Assembly: GCA_951406725.2 (NCBI GenBank)
Contig: OX597817.1
Location: 168,206,001-168,270,000, forward strand
Reading direction: 5' to 3'
DNA from: Octopus vulgaris
Taxonomy: Eukaryota
DNA: 64,000 nucleotides
The first letter of the stretch is position 1. The number at the start of each line of letters is the position of its first letter. This document shows positions 36,397 to 49,186 of this stretch, piece after piece. The notes beneath the pieces are model-generated. The model ran no database searches. It saw nothing but the letters and a program-made list of their open reading frames with translations, and was not told where the DNA came from. The translations under genes and the position numbers were made by a program.

Positions 36397-37631
36397 GTGA
36401 GTAAATGATTAGGTTTTAATTCTACAACAGCACATTCTTCACCACCTCCTCCTCTCTCGTCACTGTCACTGTTGCCATCAAAATAAATGGCTTTGTTGGT
36501 CTTGTCAAGTGGAATGGATTTCCAGTCAACGTTCTTACATTTCTTTTCCCTGTACATTTGAGTTGCTATGTTTATTGAAAATGTCACTTAAAATGGAACT
36601 GTTGTTATTATAAAATAGACTGAAATCTTGTGATTGTTGTTGGCATAGTACAAGAGGAAGTTTCTAAATAAATATATTTTATTGCCTGTGGATGTACAAG
36701 GGTGAGCATCAGTTGCATTAATCTCATAGGGCTAAGGAGATGAGGGAGTCAAAGTCATGTGGCTCATCCCTTCTCCTCTGATGGACTGAATATGTACAAT
36801 AGGAATAAGTTTATATGTATTTAAAGGGTCTTTTGTTTTTCCTTCTCGAGCCATGCCTGGCTCATAAGGACCGTTTTCACGGTTTCCTTGACGCATAGGT
36901 TCCCCACCTGGACAGGATGCCAGTCCGTCGCAGGTGAGATGCAGGAGGAAAGAGTGAGAGAAAGTTATGGCGAAAGAGTCAGCAGAAGTTTGCCATTACC
37001 TTCTGTTCAATATTCTTGTGATTGAGAGCTAAGCAAGATCAACTCTCATAGATTGGAGACTCAAGTGAAGACAGTTCACTGAAAGTGGAACATAAGTGAG
37101 ATCAACTATCATGAATTGAAGGTCTCCTATACTTGTTAGTTTGATTATATGATGTAGTCTAAAAGTCACGTGAGAGGAAAGAACCAGTTATGGTGGTTGA
37201 TGTCTTCAGCATAGATAACATTGATTACTAGGTTTAGACTATCAATGCCATCAACATCACTTATGTAACAACCAGTGACACTATTAAGAGTATAGAGATA
37301 AGCCAAATCATATGATCTATGCAAATCTGTGTTGATCTATACAGCTGTGGTGGTTAGTGTGAAGTGTGTAAATGTGGTTAATGTGCAAATGACATGAAAC
37401 TGAGAAATCGTGTGAAATACTTCTGCATATTGAGATGCCCTGTGTTTCTTTCAATTGCTTTAAATATAACAAAGAATTTAGTAAAATAACTTAGTTATCA
37501 TTAAGCTAGTGTTAGGAACATGAGTTGTGACCAATTATGGTGGAAGATTTTAATTCATAACTTTTGAAAACAAGACATGTGTACTATGGAGCCAGAGCCG
37601 GTTTCAGCCGGGTTGGTAACAGTTAAAATAC

Positions 37632-37663
<32 letters not shown>

Positions 37664-37764
37664 GTTACGCACTGGGTCGATGTAATCAACTTAATCCGTT
37701 TGTCTGTACTTGTTTGTCCCGTCTGTGTTTAGCCCCTTGTGGGTAGTAAAGAAATATATATATG

Positions 37765-37797
<33 letters not shown>

Positions 37798-37826
37798 GTA
37801 TATATATATATGTATATATATATATG

Positions 37827-37912
<86 letters not shown>

Positions 37913-38161
37913 TATTTCTTTATTACCCACAAGGGGCTAAACACAGACGGGACAAACAAGGACAGACAAACGGATTAAGTCGATTACATCGACCCCAGTG
38001 AACTGGTACTTAATTTATCGACTCCGAAAGGATGAAAGGCAAAGTCGACCTCGGCGGAATTTGAACTCAGAACGTAGCGGCAGACAAAATACCGCTAAGC
38101 ATTTCGCCCGGCATGTTAACGTTTCTGCCAGCTCGCCACCTTCACTATATATATATATATA

Positions 38162-38340
38162 TCATGTTGAACCGTTAATCCCTACCAAGTTTTTCTCTCC
38201 ATTTTTTTTTTCTCAATCCTTTCTGTCAAAGAGCGTAGGCTTGAAATGTCAAAGACTTTTCCATTCTTCCTGAGCATCAAACTAATGCTCCTGCTTGTTG
38301 TTCTTTCACCTGTCTTCGTCTTTTGTTTTCTGTAAATTCA

Positions 38341-38344
<4 letters not shown>
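38162..38344 (+). mobile_element. Short Penelope-pLTR-like fragment with a decayed hammerhead motif, inserted in (TA)n
   Basis: CTTT-CTGTCAA-A-GAGC-GTAG-GCTT-GAAA-T-GTC-AAAG at 38219-38254; TA runs on both sides. Confidence 0.6.
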
Positions 38345-38399
<55 letters not shown>

Positions 38400-39229
38400 C
38401 GGACAGATGTGTATGTATGCATGTGTGTACCATTATCTGCATTCTTTGTTTTCCACCACTTGAATATATGATTATTCTTTCATCATTTTAATGGTTATTT
38501 ATCATCAGTAGTGATATCCAAATATCCAATAAGGAATCTACTGAACTGTAGCCCCAGGAGTTCATTGTCCAAACCAGAACTGTAAATTGTTATACTCTTT
38601 TACTCATTTCAGTCATTGGACTGCAACCATTCAGGGATACTGCTTTCAAGGATTTTAAGGCATTCATATTGACCCCAGTACTTATTTCAGTCTGGTACTT
38701 AGTTTAACAAATCACTAAATTATACTTTTTACTCTTTTGTTATTATATTTCTGTTGAAATACAGTCTCTGTATTTGTTAATTTAATTGAATTTGGTAAAA
38801 TAGCTTTGTCATTATTAAGCTGGTATTTAGAACACGAATAAGCATGACATTCTGATGGAAAGTTTTAATATATACTATTTAAAAGAGGAAATTTGTATCA
38901 CAACCAAGAATGGTCTCAAGTGGATTGCTATCCAAAGGTTTAACACCAAGGAATGCAATTCAGCACATCAGTTTACACTAGTAAGGACGAACACAAGCAT
39001 GGTTGCCCATAGATGTACAGTTTCTAAGGCATTGGTCAACCTATAGCTACAATAGAAGCTATATAGGCGCAGGACTGGCTGTGTGTAAGTAGCTTGTTTA
39101 CCAACCACATGGTTCTGGGTTCAGTCCCACTGTGTGGCACCTAGGGCAAGTGTCTTCTACTATAGCCTCGGGCCGACCAAAGCCTTGTGAGTGGATTTGG
39201 TAGACGGAAACTGAAAGAAGCCCGTCGTA

Positions 39230-39277
<48 letters not shown>

Positions 39278-39620
39278 TGTGTGTGTCTGTGTTTGTCCCC
39301 CTAGCATTGCTTGACAACCGACGCTGGTGTGTTTATGTCCCCGTTACTTAGCGGTTCGGCAAAAGAGACCGATAGAATAAGTAAAGGGCTTACAAAAGAA
39401 TAAGTCCCAGGGTCAAGTTGCTTGATTAAAGGCGGTGCTCCAGCATGGCCGCAGTCAAATGATTGAAACAAGTTAAAGAGAGTAAAGAGTAAGAGTATAT
39501 CTTTTTAAGGTGTAACACAATGAGATTGAACACAGAACTGCATAATTGCATTGCTAACTTCTTAACTACACACCTATGCATGTACCTATAAGTGAATATT
39601 TTTGTTATATTTCATTTCAG

Positions 39621-39720
39621 ATACACTAAAGTCTGAATGTGAAGCAATGTCTCGACATGATGAGGAGCCTTACCTAGCTGTACAACATGTCCGTGACAAA
39701 TTATTACAACCGTCAAAAAG
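39621..39720 (+). CDS. LEMD3: MAN1/LEMD3 exon G (DTLKSECEAMSRHDEEPYLAVQHVRDKLLQPSKR)
   Basis: catttcag/gtattt, phase 1 to 2; PY....HVRD.L winged-helix motif. Confidence 0.95.
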
Positions 39721-39922
39721 GTATTTTACTAAGACATTGTTTACCTTCTGTTTTTGACTTTTTCTTAGAAACAGAATTAATTCTATTTTAATGTCAATTG
39801 ATTTTAGATTTGTCTTTTAAGAATACATATTTCATTGTAGTCTATTCTCTCTCTCTCTCTCTTTTCCAGTTAGTGAAGCTATGTATTCACCTCTTCAGCA
39901 AGACATCTGTTCCCATCCCTCT

Positions 39923-40382
39923 ATCATCATCATCATCATCATCATTTAGCGTCCGTTTTCCATGCTAGCATGGGTTGGACGGTTCTACTGGGGTCTGTGA
40001 AGCCAGAAGGCTTCATCAGGCCCAGTCAAAATCTGGCAGTGTTTCTACGGCTGGATGCCCTTCCTAACGCCAACCACTCCGTGAGTGTAGTGGGTGCTTT
40101 TTACGTGCCACCCGCACAGGTGCCAGACAGAGCTGGCAAATGGCCATGAACGGATGGTGCTTTTTATGTGCCACCGGCACGAGGGCCAGGCGAGGCTGGC
40201 AATGGACACGAACGGATGGTGCTTTTTACGTGCCACCGGCACGAGGCCAGTCGGGGCGGCGCTGGCAACGGTCGCGAAACGGAAGGTTCTCTTACATGCC
40301 ACCGGCACTGGTAACACATCTGCAATTTCCATTGATCGATTTCGATTCTGATCCTCACTTGCCTCAACAGGTCTTCACAAGC
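39923..40382 (-). mobile_element. RTE 3' UTR copy linking the (GAT)n tail to the sequence at 200-330
   Basis: Tail and four internal repeats, then GCCACCGGCACTGGT...TTCCATTGAT...TTGCCTCAACAGGTCTTCACAAG, also seen at 211-328. Confidence 0.88.
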
Positions 40383-41759
40383 AGAGTTTTGTGTCCCATA
40401 TATCCTTCAGTATTATATCCCACTCAGCTGAGGGTTTTATCTTGCAAGTATTTGGTGACCCCACTAATCCACATGTTTTGCCATGGAGGCATCTTTCATC
40501 CACACTACCATCAAAGATCCACCTCACTAGTTCTGGTGCCTCAGTGGTTGGTTTTGGGAAGGACATCCAGCTGGAGAAACTATGCCAAAAGCAGACAATG
40601 GGAACCTAGTGCAGCCCTCAGAGTTGTCAGTTCCTGTTGAACCATGTGACCCATCCCAGCATGGAAAAAGGGACATTGATGGTGGCAACGACAACAATGT
40701 CGTCCATCCTACCTCTGACCATTCCATCAGCTAAAGAACCTTGTCTTTTTCAGTCTGTCATGCAAACTGGGCCAAGCAGAGTTTCGTGTGTAAATCATTT
40801 GATATTTTTGTAAAAGATAGTCTGAAGAGTAGGAATGATACCCATAACTTCTGCAAGCCTTTGCATACCAAATTGTCTCCATGGTTCCAATAAGAGTTGT
40901 CGGTGTTAGACGTATCTTGGTTAATAATGACACTAGTAATTATAGGAGCCATGGTAAATTGCACCCAGTACATTCTGTTAAGTAGTTAGGAAACAAATGA
41001 AAACAATGTAGGCCCAAATGCATACCACAGTAAAATTCACCCAATGCATTCTGTAAAGTGGTTGATGTTGGGCAGGGCATCCAGCTGTAGAAACTTTGCT
41101 AAAAAGGACCATTTGAGCAAGATTTGTCTTACCCTTTGACCTATCTATTCACTTGTTCTCTTCAAACATCAACCTTCAGCTAATCCTATCATGTGACAGA
41201 TCTAACGGATAGTTACAATGAATGTCACTGTCAGTCACTTAACTCTATCCTTATAGTTTCAAAGCTGTTTATGATACATTGGAGGTGCAATGGCCCAGTG
41301 GTTAGGGCAGCGGACTCGCGGTCGTAGGATCGCGGTTTCGATTCCCAGTCCGGGCGTTGTGAGTGTTTATTGAGCGAAAACACCTAAAAAGCTCCACGAG
41401 ACTCCGGCAGGGGATGGTGGTGATCCCTGCTGTACTCTTTCACCACAACTTTCTCTCACTCTTACTTCCTGTTTCTGTTGTACCTGTATTTCAAAGGGCC
41501 GGCCTTGTCACTCTCTGTGTCACGCTGAATATCCCCGAGAACTACGTTAAGGGACTACGTTAAGGGTACACGTGTCTGTGGAGTGCTCAGCCACTTACAT
41601 GTTAATTTCACGAGCAGGCTGTTCCGTTGGTCGGATCAACCGGAACCCTCGTCGTCGGAACCGACGGAGTGCTTCCATTATGATACATTGCTTAGGATTC
41701 CTCTGAAATAATTAGATTATTCTCTATCATGAATTAGTCAGCACTGTTTCTATGTCTGT

Positions 41760-41800
<41 letters not shown>

Positions 41801-42082
41801 TCTTTTTCACCTTAACCTTTTAGTGTTTAAACCGGCCATATCTGGCCCAAATATTCTATATGTTTTATATTCAAACTGGCCATATTTAGCCTCTCACACC
41901 TAACCTACATTGACATTCTAAAAATAAACAATCACATCATTGAAACCTCAAAGCTATGAGATAATGCTTGATTAATTCAAAACAATTTGAGAGAAAAAGT
42001 ATTACATTTAACAGAGTAATCTGAACACTAAAGGGTTAAATTTCTTAGGTGTTTAACTAGTACTACTTTCATTTCATTTTAG

Positions 42083-42203
42083 GAAACAATTGCTACCAAT
42101 CTGGAAGAAAGCTGCCAAATTTATTGAAGAGAATGAATCTCGAATCCGACATGAAACTCGAATGATTGAAGGAGAAGAATTTGATGTATGGCGATGGTTA
42201 CCA
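42083..42203 (+). CDS. LEMD3: MAN1/LEMD3 exon H (KQLLPIWKKAAKFIEENESRIRHETRMIEGEEFDVWRWLP)
   Basis: cattttag/gtaagt, phase 2 to 0; W..A..F...NESR.R.E...I.G..F.VWRW is the MSC-domain hallmark. Confidence 0.97.
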
Positions 42204-42669
42204 GTAAGTGAATTAGTAATTTTCTTCAGATTGAAATAATCCTGATTGTTATTATTATTATTATTATTATTATTGTTATTATTATTATTATTTGTGCAAC
42301 CCATGCCAGCATGGAAAGAAGGTGAGGATAATAATGATGTGCAGTAGATTAGTAGAATTGTTAGTGTCATAGTTTTTGTTCTTTGTGTTCTGAGTTCAAC
42401 CCCTACCAAGGTCTACTTAGCCTTTCATCCCTTTAGAATCGATAAAATAAAGTATTCATGAAGTATTGGGGTCAGTGGTATAGACTAAGACCTTCCCCTC
42501 AAGTCTTATGCTTAGTGCCATTTTGTCTGTCTTTGTGTTCTTAAATTCCACTGAGGTCGATTTTGCCTTTCATCCTTTCAGGATCAATGGAATAAGTACC
42601 AGTTGCACACTGGGGTTGAGGTAATCAACTTGCTTGTCTCCCAAAATTTCAGGTCTTGTGTCAATATAA

Positions 42670-44310
42670 AAAATATTGACCATGATGAATGGGTAGAAGT
42701 ATGCATGGATGCCTTCCAAAAATGGTCAAACAAAAGTATTCCATCAAATTTTTTCTGTAGATTATTGAAGTTTGTGTTACAAAGTAACACAATGAAGTTT
42801 GGACAAAAATTTTACCACCAGACAAGGGGTTGCACCACGGGTACCCCCATGGCAGTTAATTTCGTTAATGTCTTCATGATGAAATTCGAGACACAGTTAC
42901 TGAAACATTCAAATCCTTACATGGTCGTGAACCAATGCTCTGTTTGCGGTTCATTGATGACTTCTTTTCTTGTCTGGGAAGAATCACAGAATAGCCTAAT
43001 TAACTTCTTGCATTTCTGTGACTGTTGTGCTAAAAACTATGGCTTTAAGTCCAACATAAAATTTACATCTAGTTTTTTCAAAAGCTAGCATTGAATTTTT
43101 GAACACAAAAGTTAAGTTTTCTAGAGGTAGAATAGTGATAGAGTTATTTTGCAAACCCACGTCATCCCACATTTACCTCCATCGCTGCTCCGATCATCCT
43201 CATCATATAATTTGGTCAAATCCGAAATCCCAATTTCTGAAGATAAAATGGATTTGTACTGACATAGGGGATTACTGGAAACATGCGAATGCTTTTGTAC
43301 ACCATTATGTCAAACACGGTTACAGTGAATCATGATTAAAGAAAGCAAATGACATAGCTAAAATTAGCAGAGAAAGTCAAACTAAATTCACGCATAGTTT
43401 TAGCAAAAACAATACAGTATATGACAGAATTCCTTCAGTGATTTACTGGCACTGAAATTTCACTGGCATTTCAAAAGTGTTGCATGAAAGTTACCAGTAT
43501 ATTGTAGAAAAATATCCTCATTTCAAACAAATATTTCTTCAGACTTCTATTGTAGCCTTTAGACAGAATAAAAATATAAGAGAACATTTAATCTCTACTC
43601 CAAGAAAACATTGGAGTATCTGCACGCTGTACCTTGAAAAACAGCTGCCAGAGAGGTAAGCCCTGTTCATTGTGCAACAACATGAGTCAAGTGAATTCCA
43701 TCAGAAATCATAGCAGAAATGTTATGATTTATATAGAAGTTGGGACATTTAGAGATTCCCATTTGGTGTATGCAGCAGAATGCATGAAACAACTTGATTT
43801 ATGTTTGTTGTACAATAGAACAATTAAACAAAAGATTTGATGGGCACAAATTTGACATCAGGCACACTAACAGTAGTTCGACAGAACCTGCTAAACATTT
43901 TGCATCAAACGACTGCAATTTTGAAGAAGACTTGAAAGTGCATACTCTCAGAAAATATTCTGAATCTGTTACACTTTCAATACTCAAAATGCACGAGTAG
44001 CAATATGTTTGCAGGTTAACATCATGTCCTGGAAGAATGAATAAAATGACTGGAGAATTTCATCAAGTTTACACAAAACTGTTTGATTAAATATTCTTCA
44101 TCTTTTTTTTCTTTCTTTTTCTTTCCACCAGTTGAGAAATTGAAACGTGAAGACTGGTGTTGAACTTGAAGACTGATGTTGATGTCATTCATTTTAGATT
44201 TGAATTTTTATCACATTCCATTTGGAACTTGGCAAAGACAGGCTTGCTGTCAAATTATTGTTCAACCAATAAAATATCTATTGCAATCGCTCTTCGTCTT
44301 GTCTATTATT
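42670..44310 (+). mobile_element. Degenerate Penelope-like element (Neptune-like): RT, thumb, Cys-rich linker, GIY-YIG endonuclease, 3' pLTR
   Basis: FYHQTRGCTTGTPMAVNFVNVFM; KPTSSHIYLHRCSDHP...PKSQFLKIKWIC; CQRGKPCSLC; VYAAEC..IYV.CT...LNKRFDGHKFDIR...AKHF; frameshifted. Confidence 0.9.
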
Positions 44311-45761
44311 ATTATTAAGGTTAGGAGGTGGTGAGCCAACAGAATCGTTAGCACGTTGGGCAAAATGCTTAGCAGTATTTCAGCTGTCATCACATTCTGG
44401 GTTCAAATTCTGCTGAGGTCCACTTTGCCTTTCATCCTTTCAGGATCAATAAATTAAGTACCAATGAAACACTGGGGTCGATGTGATTGACTTACCCACT
44501 CCCCACAAATTTCAGGCCTTGTGCCTATAGTAGAAAGGATTATTAAGATGGCGAGCTGGCAAAATCGTTTGCACACCATGCAAAATGCTTGGCAGTATTT
44601 TGTCCATCTTCACATTCTGAGTTAAAATTCAGCTGAGGTCTATTTTACCTTTCATCCTTTTGGGGGTCAATAAAATAAATACTAGCTGAGTACAGGGGTC
44701 AATGTAATCAGCTATCCCTCTCCCTCAAATTTCAGGTCTTATTCCTATAGTAGAAAGAATTATTATCATCAAATAATCTTAATGTTTCATTTGTAACTAC
44801 CTTGGCATAATATATGTTCTCCACTATGTTTGGCGTTAGGAAGGGCATCCAGCCGTAGAAACACTGCCAGATCATACTGGGCCTGATGCAGCCTTCTGGC
44901 TTCACAGACCCCAGTTGAACCGTCCAACCCATGCTAGCATGGAAAGCGGACGCTAAATGATGATGTTTATATATTATTGTAGGTGTATATAACAAACAAC
45001 TAAATTTTTAAAAGTTGCTATCATCATCAAATCCAGCATCTCCCTATCACATTGAATACTTCTATTTCTAACCCCAACCCATATTGTTGGGGAAACAGCT
45101 TGGATATTGAGGGAGGTGAGGGGGCATATCAACAAGCAAATAAACAAGTGTCTCAAAGAAAAAGTTACTGCATTACACACACACTTCTAGGATAAGTAGT
45201 TCTTGCAGCTGCAAAAATCTATTACAAGTAGTTGAATGGAAAGAGAAAGTGAAAAACAATACTATATACAAGGAGGTTTTCGTCAAGCAGATAATGGTTT
45301 CAGTCTATTTACATGGAGTGTTGGAATTGCGTTAATGTATAGTCGTGTCTTCCACAATAACAGTATCCACCTCTATAGTTATTTATAGTCATCTTCATTA
45401 ACCATTTAGCATTCAGGTTATTCTGTCAAATGTAATGTTTATCTATTCGCATTGTTTCAAATGAATCATGCATTATGTCATAGCTTCGAGATTTTGATGC
45501 TGTGATTGTTTATTTTTCAAATGACATTCTGAAGTAGATTTGATAAGCTGGATCTTGCCGGCTTAAACATAAAACAGATAGCTTATCTGAGATGGATATG
45601 ACCAGTTTAAATGCTAAAGGGTTAAGCTGCTATTTGATGGAATTTAGACTTCTCTCTTTTTGTCTCTGGCTATTACACTGCTCTAATTAGTTTAATCAAC
45701 TTCACAGCAGTTTTATCACCACTACTCCACTTTACCAGTAAAATATGGGTTTATAATACAT

Positions 45762-45962
45762 GGCATGGCTGTGTGGTTAGGGAGCTTGCTTCCTAGCTAC
45801 ATGGTTTCGGGTTCAGTCCCACTGCGTGGCACTTTGGGTAGGTGTCTTCCGCTCTAGCCCCGAGCCGACCGAAGCTTTGTGATTGAATTCGGCAGGCAGA
45901 AGTTACTGTCGTGTGTGTATATGTGCGCGTAGGTGCTTGTGCCTCTCCGAAAGAGAGAGAGG
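45762..45962 (+). mobile_element. Short (~200 bp) SINE sharing the family-1 head with a distinct (GA)n tail; second copy at 9304-9503
   Basis: Two similar copies ending TGTGCCTCTCCGAAAGAGAGAG. Confidence 0.8.
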
Positions 45963-46140
45963 TATTGCATTTTTTATATACTGCTAGATTGGTAATCTGT
46001 GTACAAAGTTCTGTACCTTATTAAATGTGAAGTTTGAGGCTTGTTTTGGGTGTTTGAACCTTCAGACAACAGTTATTTTTGTGCAACTACATTGATTTAG
46101 TACTTAACTAATTCTCTTTTTTATCCCATCTCTTGAACAG

Positions 46141-46179
46141 GTCTGCTGTACAAGTTCTCCTCACATGACTCAATCCTTG
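46141..46179 (+). CDS. LEMD3: MAN1/LEMD3 candidate 39-nt symmetric micro-exon (VCCTSSPHMTQSL)
   Basis: Branch-point-like ctaat, pyrimidine tract and aacag acceptor; gtgagt donor; phase 0-0, no stop. Not required to keep the frame. Confidence 0.65.
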
Positions 46180-46879
46180 GTGAGTTTTTTTTTTTTATCT
46201 GAGAAACTTTTGTAACTGAATGTAGAATGCTTTGTATTTTGAAATGGTGAAATTGGTGCTACTGTTTAGCAGCTTCATGGCAAATCTTTCTTCACAGGAA
46301 AATTTGGAATGAGTGATAAGACTTGTAGAAGTTAGGGGGCTACAGCTGGTCTGTTTAATCCTTATTGAAGATTAAATAGATCTTTTAAAAGCTGTCCCTG
46401 CCTATGACAGATTCTCCAATGTTCTTAAGACTGAGCAGAGATAGCAATTCATTTATTTCCCACCTTAATGAGTGATCTGTCTTAGTGAGCTATCAAGGGA
46501 TCTTCTGCTTGTTCCTCGATCTGCTAGAAATAGCAGTCAAATCTCAATTTTCTTCTTACATGGTTACAGTTGAGAATTTTGCTTCCCAACCAAAGCCTTG
46601 TGAGTAGATTTTGTAGGCAAAAACTGAAGAAGCCTATCACATGTGTTTGTGTGTTTTCCTTGGTGTTCACTGGTCTTTAAACAATGGTTTTCTTCTTGAT
46701 TTCATTGTCGTGCAGTCTGTTGCAAAAACTTATCCAGGCTTGCTTAACATGTCTTGACATGTTACACAATCATTGTAAACAAAATGGTGTTGATTTGTTT
46801 CCAGTTCCTCACATAAAATATGAGGAGCTGTTCAATAGGGGATTGGCAACGGGATGGGCATCATGTTGTTGAAAGACTG

Positions 46880-48033
46880 TGCCTCATTCAGTAACAACTT
46901 TAGCTATGTGAATTGGTGTATTATCATCCTGAAAGATTGTGTTTCCTTCTGGAAATAGTTCCTCAACCATAGGATGAATTTGATCAGATAAAATGCTTAA
47001 ATAGTCTTGACCATTAATTCTGCCACGAAGAGAAACCATTGGGTTTGGCAAATTTCCAAAATGTAGCCCAAGATCATCACAGATCATTCTCCATGTTTAA
47101 CAGTTGGAAAGAAGTAGTCTGGGTCAAACGCTTCTTTTGCCTGTCTCCACACGTATACTCTATGGGTTGTCGGAAAGAAGGTAAAGGATGACTTGTCCGA
47201 GAAAATAACATTCTTCCACTGCTCTAGGGACCAATTCTATAGGTTTTTGCTCCACTCTAAATGCTTTGCAACATTTGTTTTTGAAAGTAGTGGTTTTCTG
47301 ATTGCAGCCCTCCTGTCAAATCTGACTTTGTGCAGCTCCCAGCAAACAGTTTTTGTTGGAACTGGGTTCTTAAGGTGGTCATAAGCTCTGCAATAATTTC
47401 AGGAGTTGTACTTTTGTGATCCTTTCTAACAGTTCACATAAGAGTCCGACAGTCCCTATCTGAAAGTTTTGGTTTTCTTCCAGAGTTTTGTTTTGACGAG
47501 GAGGTTTTTCCCTCTTTCTCAAAGGCTGTCATTACCTTCGAGACAGTACTTCTTGAAGCACCAAACATTTTGGCTGTTTTCATTACGCTAGCACCTGCCA
47601 TATGAGCACCAACAATTTGACCTCTTTGAAAGTCCAATAGATCTGTCATGTTAATGAATTTTAATTACTTTTTTCTAATGATATCCAAAAAGAAACAGCA
47701 ATTTTAGCAAAACATATTAAGCAACACTAATAATAAATCTTTCATTTTTGGATTTGGTTTGCAAAATTCTTTATATAATTTCGTGTGTTGAAGCATATTC
47801 TGTTGTCTGGGGAGAGTCATTTTCTTTTTGTGCCTTAAATAAAAATAAGAAAAAAGTGGAAATTTTACCGGTGAGTGTGTTACATTATAAGACACAAAAA
47901 GAAAATGACTCTCCCCAGACACAACAGAATAATAATAAATCAAAAAAACATAAAAATAAACAAGCTTTTGAAGGTTTTATAGATATTATGAAATTATGAT
48001 GCTAGGTGATTCCATTATTTTGTCCAACTCCTG
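46880..48033 (-). mobile_element. Tc1/mariner transposon remnant (5' TIR, paired-like HTH, partial DDE domain)
   Basis: TA|CAGGAGTTGGACAAAATAATGG end; MTDLLDFQRGQIVGA...SRSTVSKV...GRKPKLSDRD; IFQDDNTPIH; 3' part missing. Confidence 0.9.
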
Positions 48034-48125
48034 TATATTAGTAAACATAATAACTAAATATTGTTTATCTCTTTTCTAATGTAAAGTTAATAGAATTCTC
48101 ATGTCTTATGCCTTCTTCATTTCAG

Positions 48126-48162
48126 AACCTGAATAATGGAGGTAAAATTTGGCAAGGTCAAG
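48126..48162 (+). CDS. LEMD3: MAN1/LEMD3 exon (NLNNGGKIWQGQ)
   Basis: catttcag/gtaaaa, phase 0 to 1; matches vertebrate KVWQGQAF. Confidence 0.95.
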
Positions 48163-49186
48163 GTAAAAAGATGTTTTGATTAGTTTTTATGTGCGTATGT
48201 ATGTGAGGGAGCTAAAACTGAGTAGATAAAAGTAATGAATTCTCAAACTATCTAAAGAGGGTGTCTTTATGCAGTTACTTGACCTGCTAGAAATTACAGC
48301 TAAATCTCCTTCAAATCACACCCTGCCATCTTATCAAAATTGCTCAGATGAAGCATTATAGAATGCTGTCCTAGATATTTCTAAAAAATGACAGAATGAA
48401 CATAACTGGAAAGTCTTTGATGATTGGATTGTCTGATAGGAGTCGACTTACAACAAAACAGCTCCAACATTAGTTCAAATCTGCTGCAGTTGTTTTTAAT
48501 GAGACTTACGTTTCTGTGTCTCCTTTGTTAAGTATAGGGATCAGATCTCCTGGTGGTATATTTTTGGTTTTGTAATCCACCTGGGGCAAACAACAGGGAA
48601 CTGCAGTGCATCAAACCCTAGAATATCCAGTAGGTGCTGCTGGGATGCCCTTAAGTCATTTTCAGTTTGGTAGGTCTTTGCACTTTAACTCTCTCTTTTA
48701 CTCTTTACTCTCTTTAACTTGTTTCAGTCATTTGACTGCGGCCATGCTGGAGCACCGCCTTTAATCGAGCAACTCGACCCCGGGACTTATTTCTTTGTAA
48801 GCCCAGTACTTATTCTATCGGTCTCTTTTGCCGAACCGCTAAGTAACGGGGATATAAACACACCAGCATCGGTTGTCAAGCAATGCTAGGGGGACAAACA
48901 CAGACACACAAACACACACACGCATATATACATATATACGATGGGCTTCTTTCAGTTTCCGTCTACCAAATCCACTCACAAGGCTTTGGTCAGCCCAAGG
49001 CTATAGTAGAAGACACTTGCCCAAGGTGCCACGCAGTGGGACTGAACCTGGAACCATGTGGTTGGTAAACAAGCTACTTACCACACAGCCACACTATTTA
49101 CCATTTTACAGTTTTTTTTCTTTTTTGAGATTTGTTTTGATGTCTTAAAATGTTTGTTTTCATGTGTGTTCTCTTTCTCTTTGTAG

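Noticed and set aside
40090-40310. Repeat-spacer (CRISPR-like) look of the RTE UTR units
   Set aside because: The 'spacers' are homologous to each other and part of a LINE UTR; reported as a structured repeat instead.
40727-40973. Overlapping 68-71 aa minus-strand ORFs in non-repeat-looking sequence
   Set aside because: No recognisable motif or paired splice signals.
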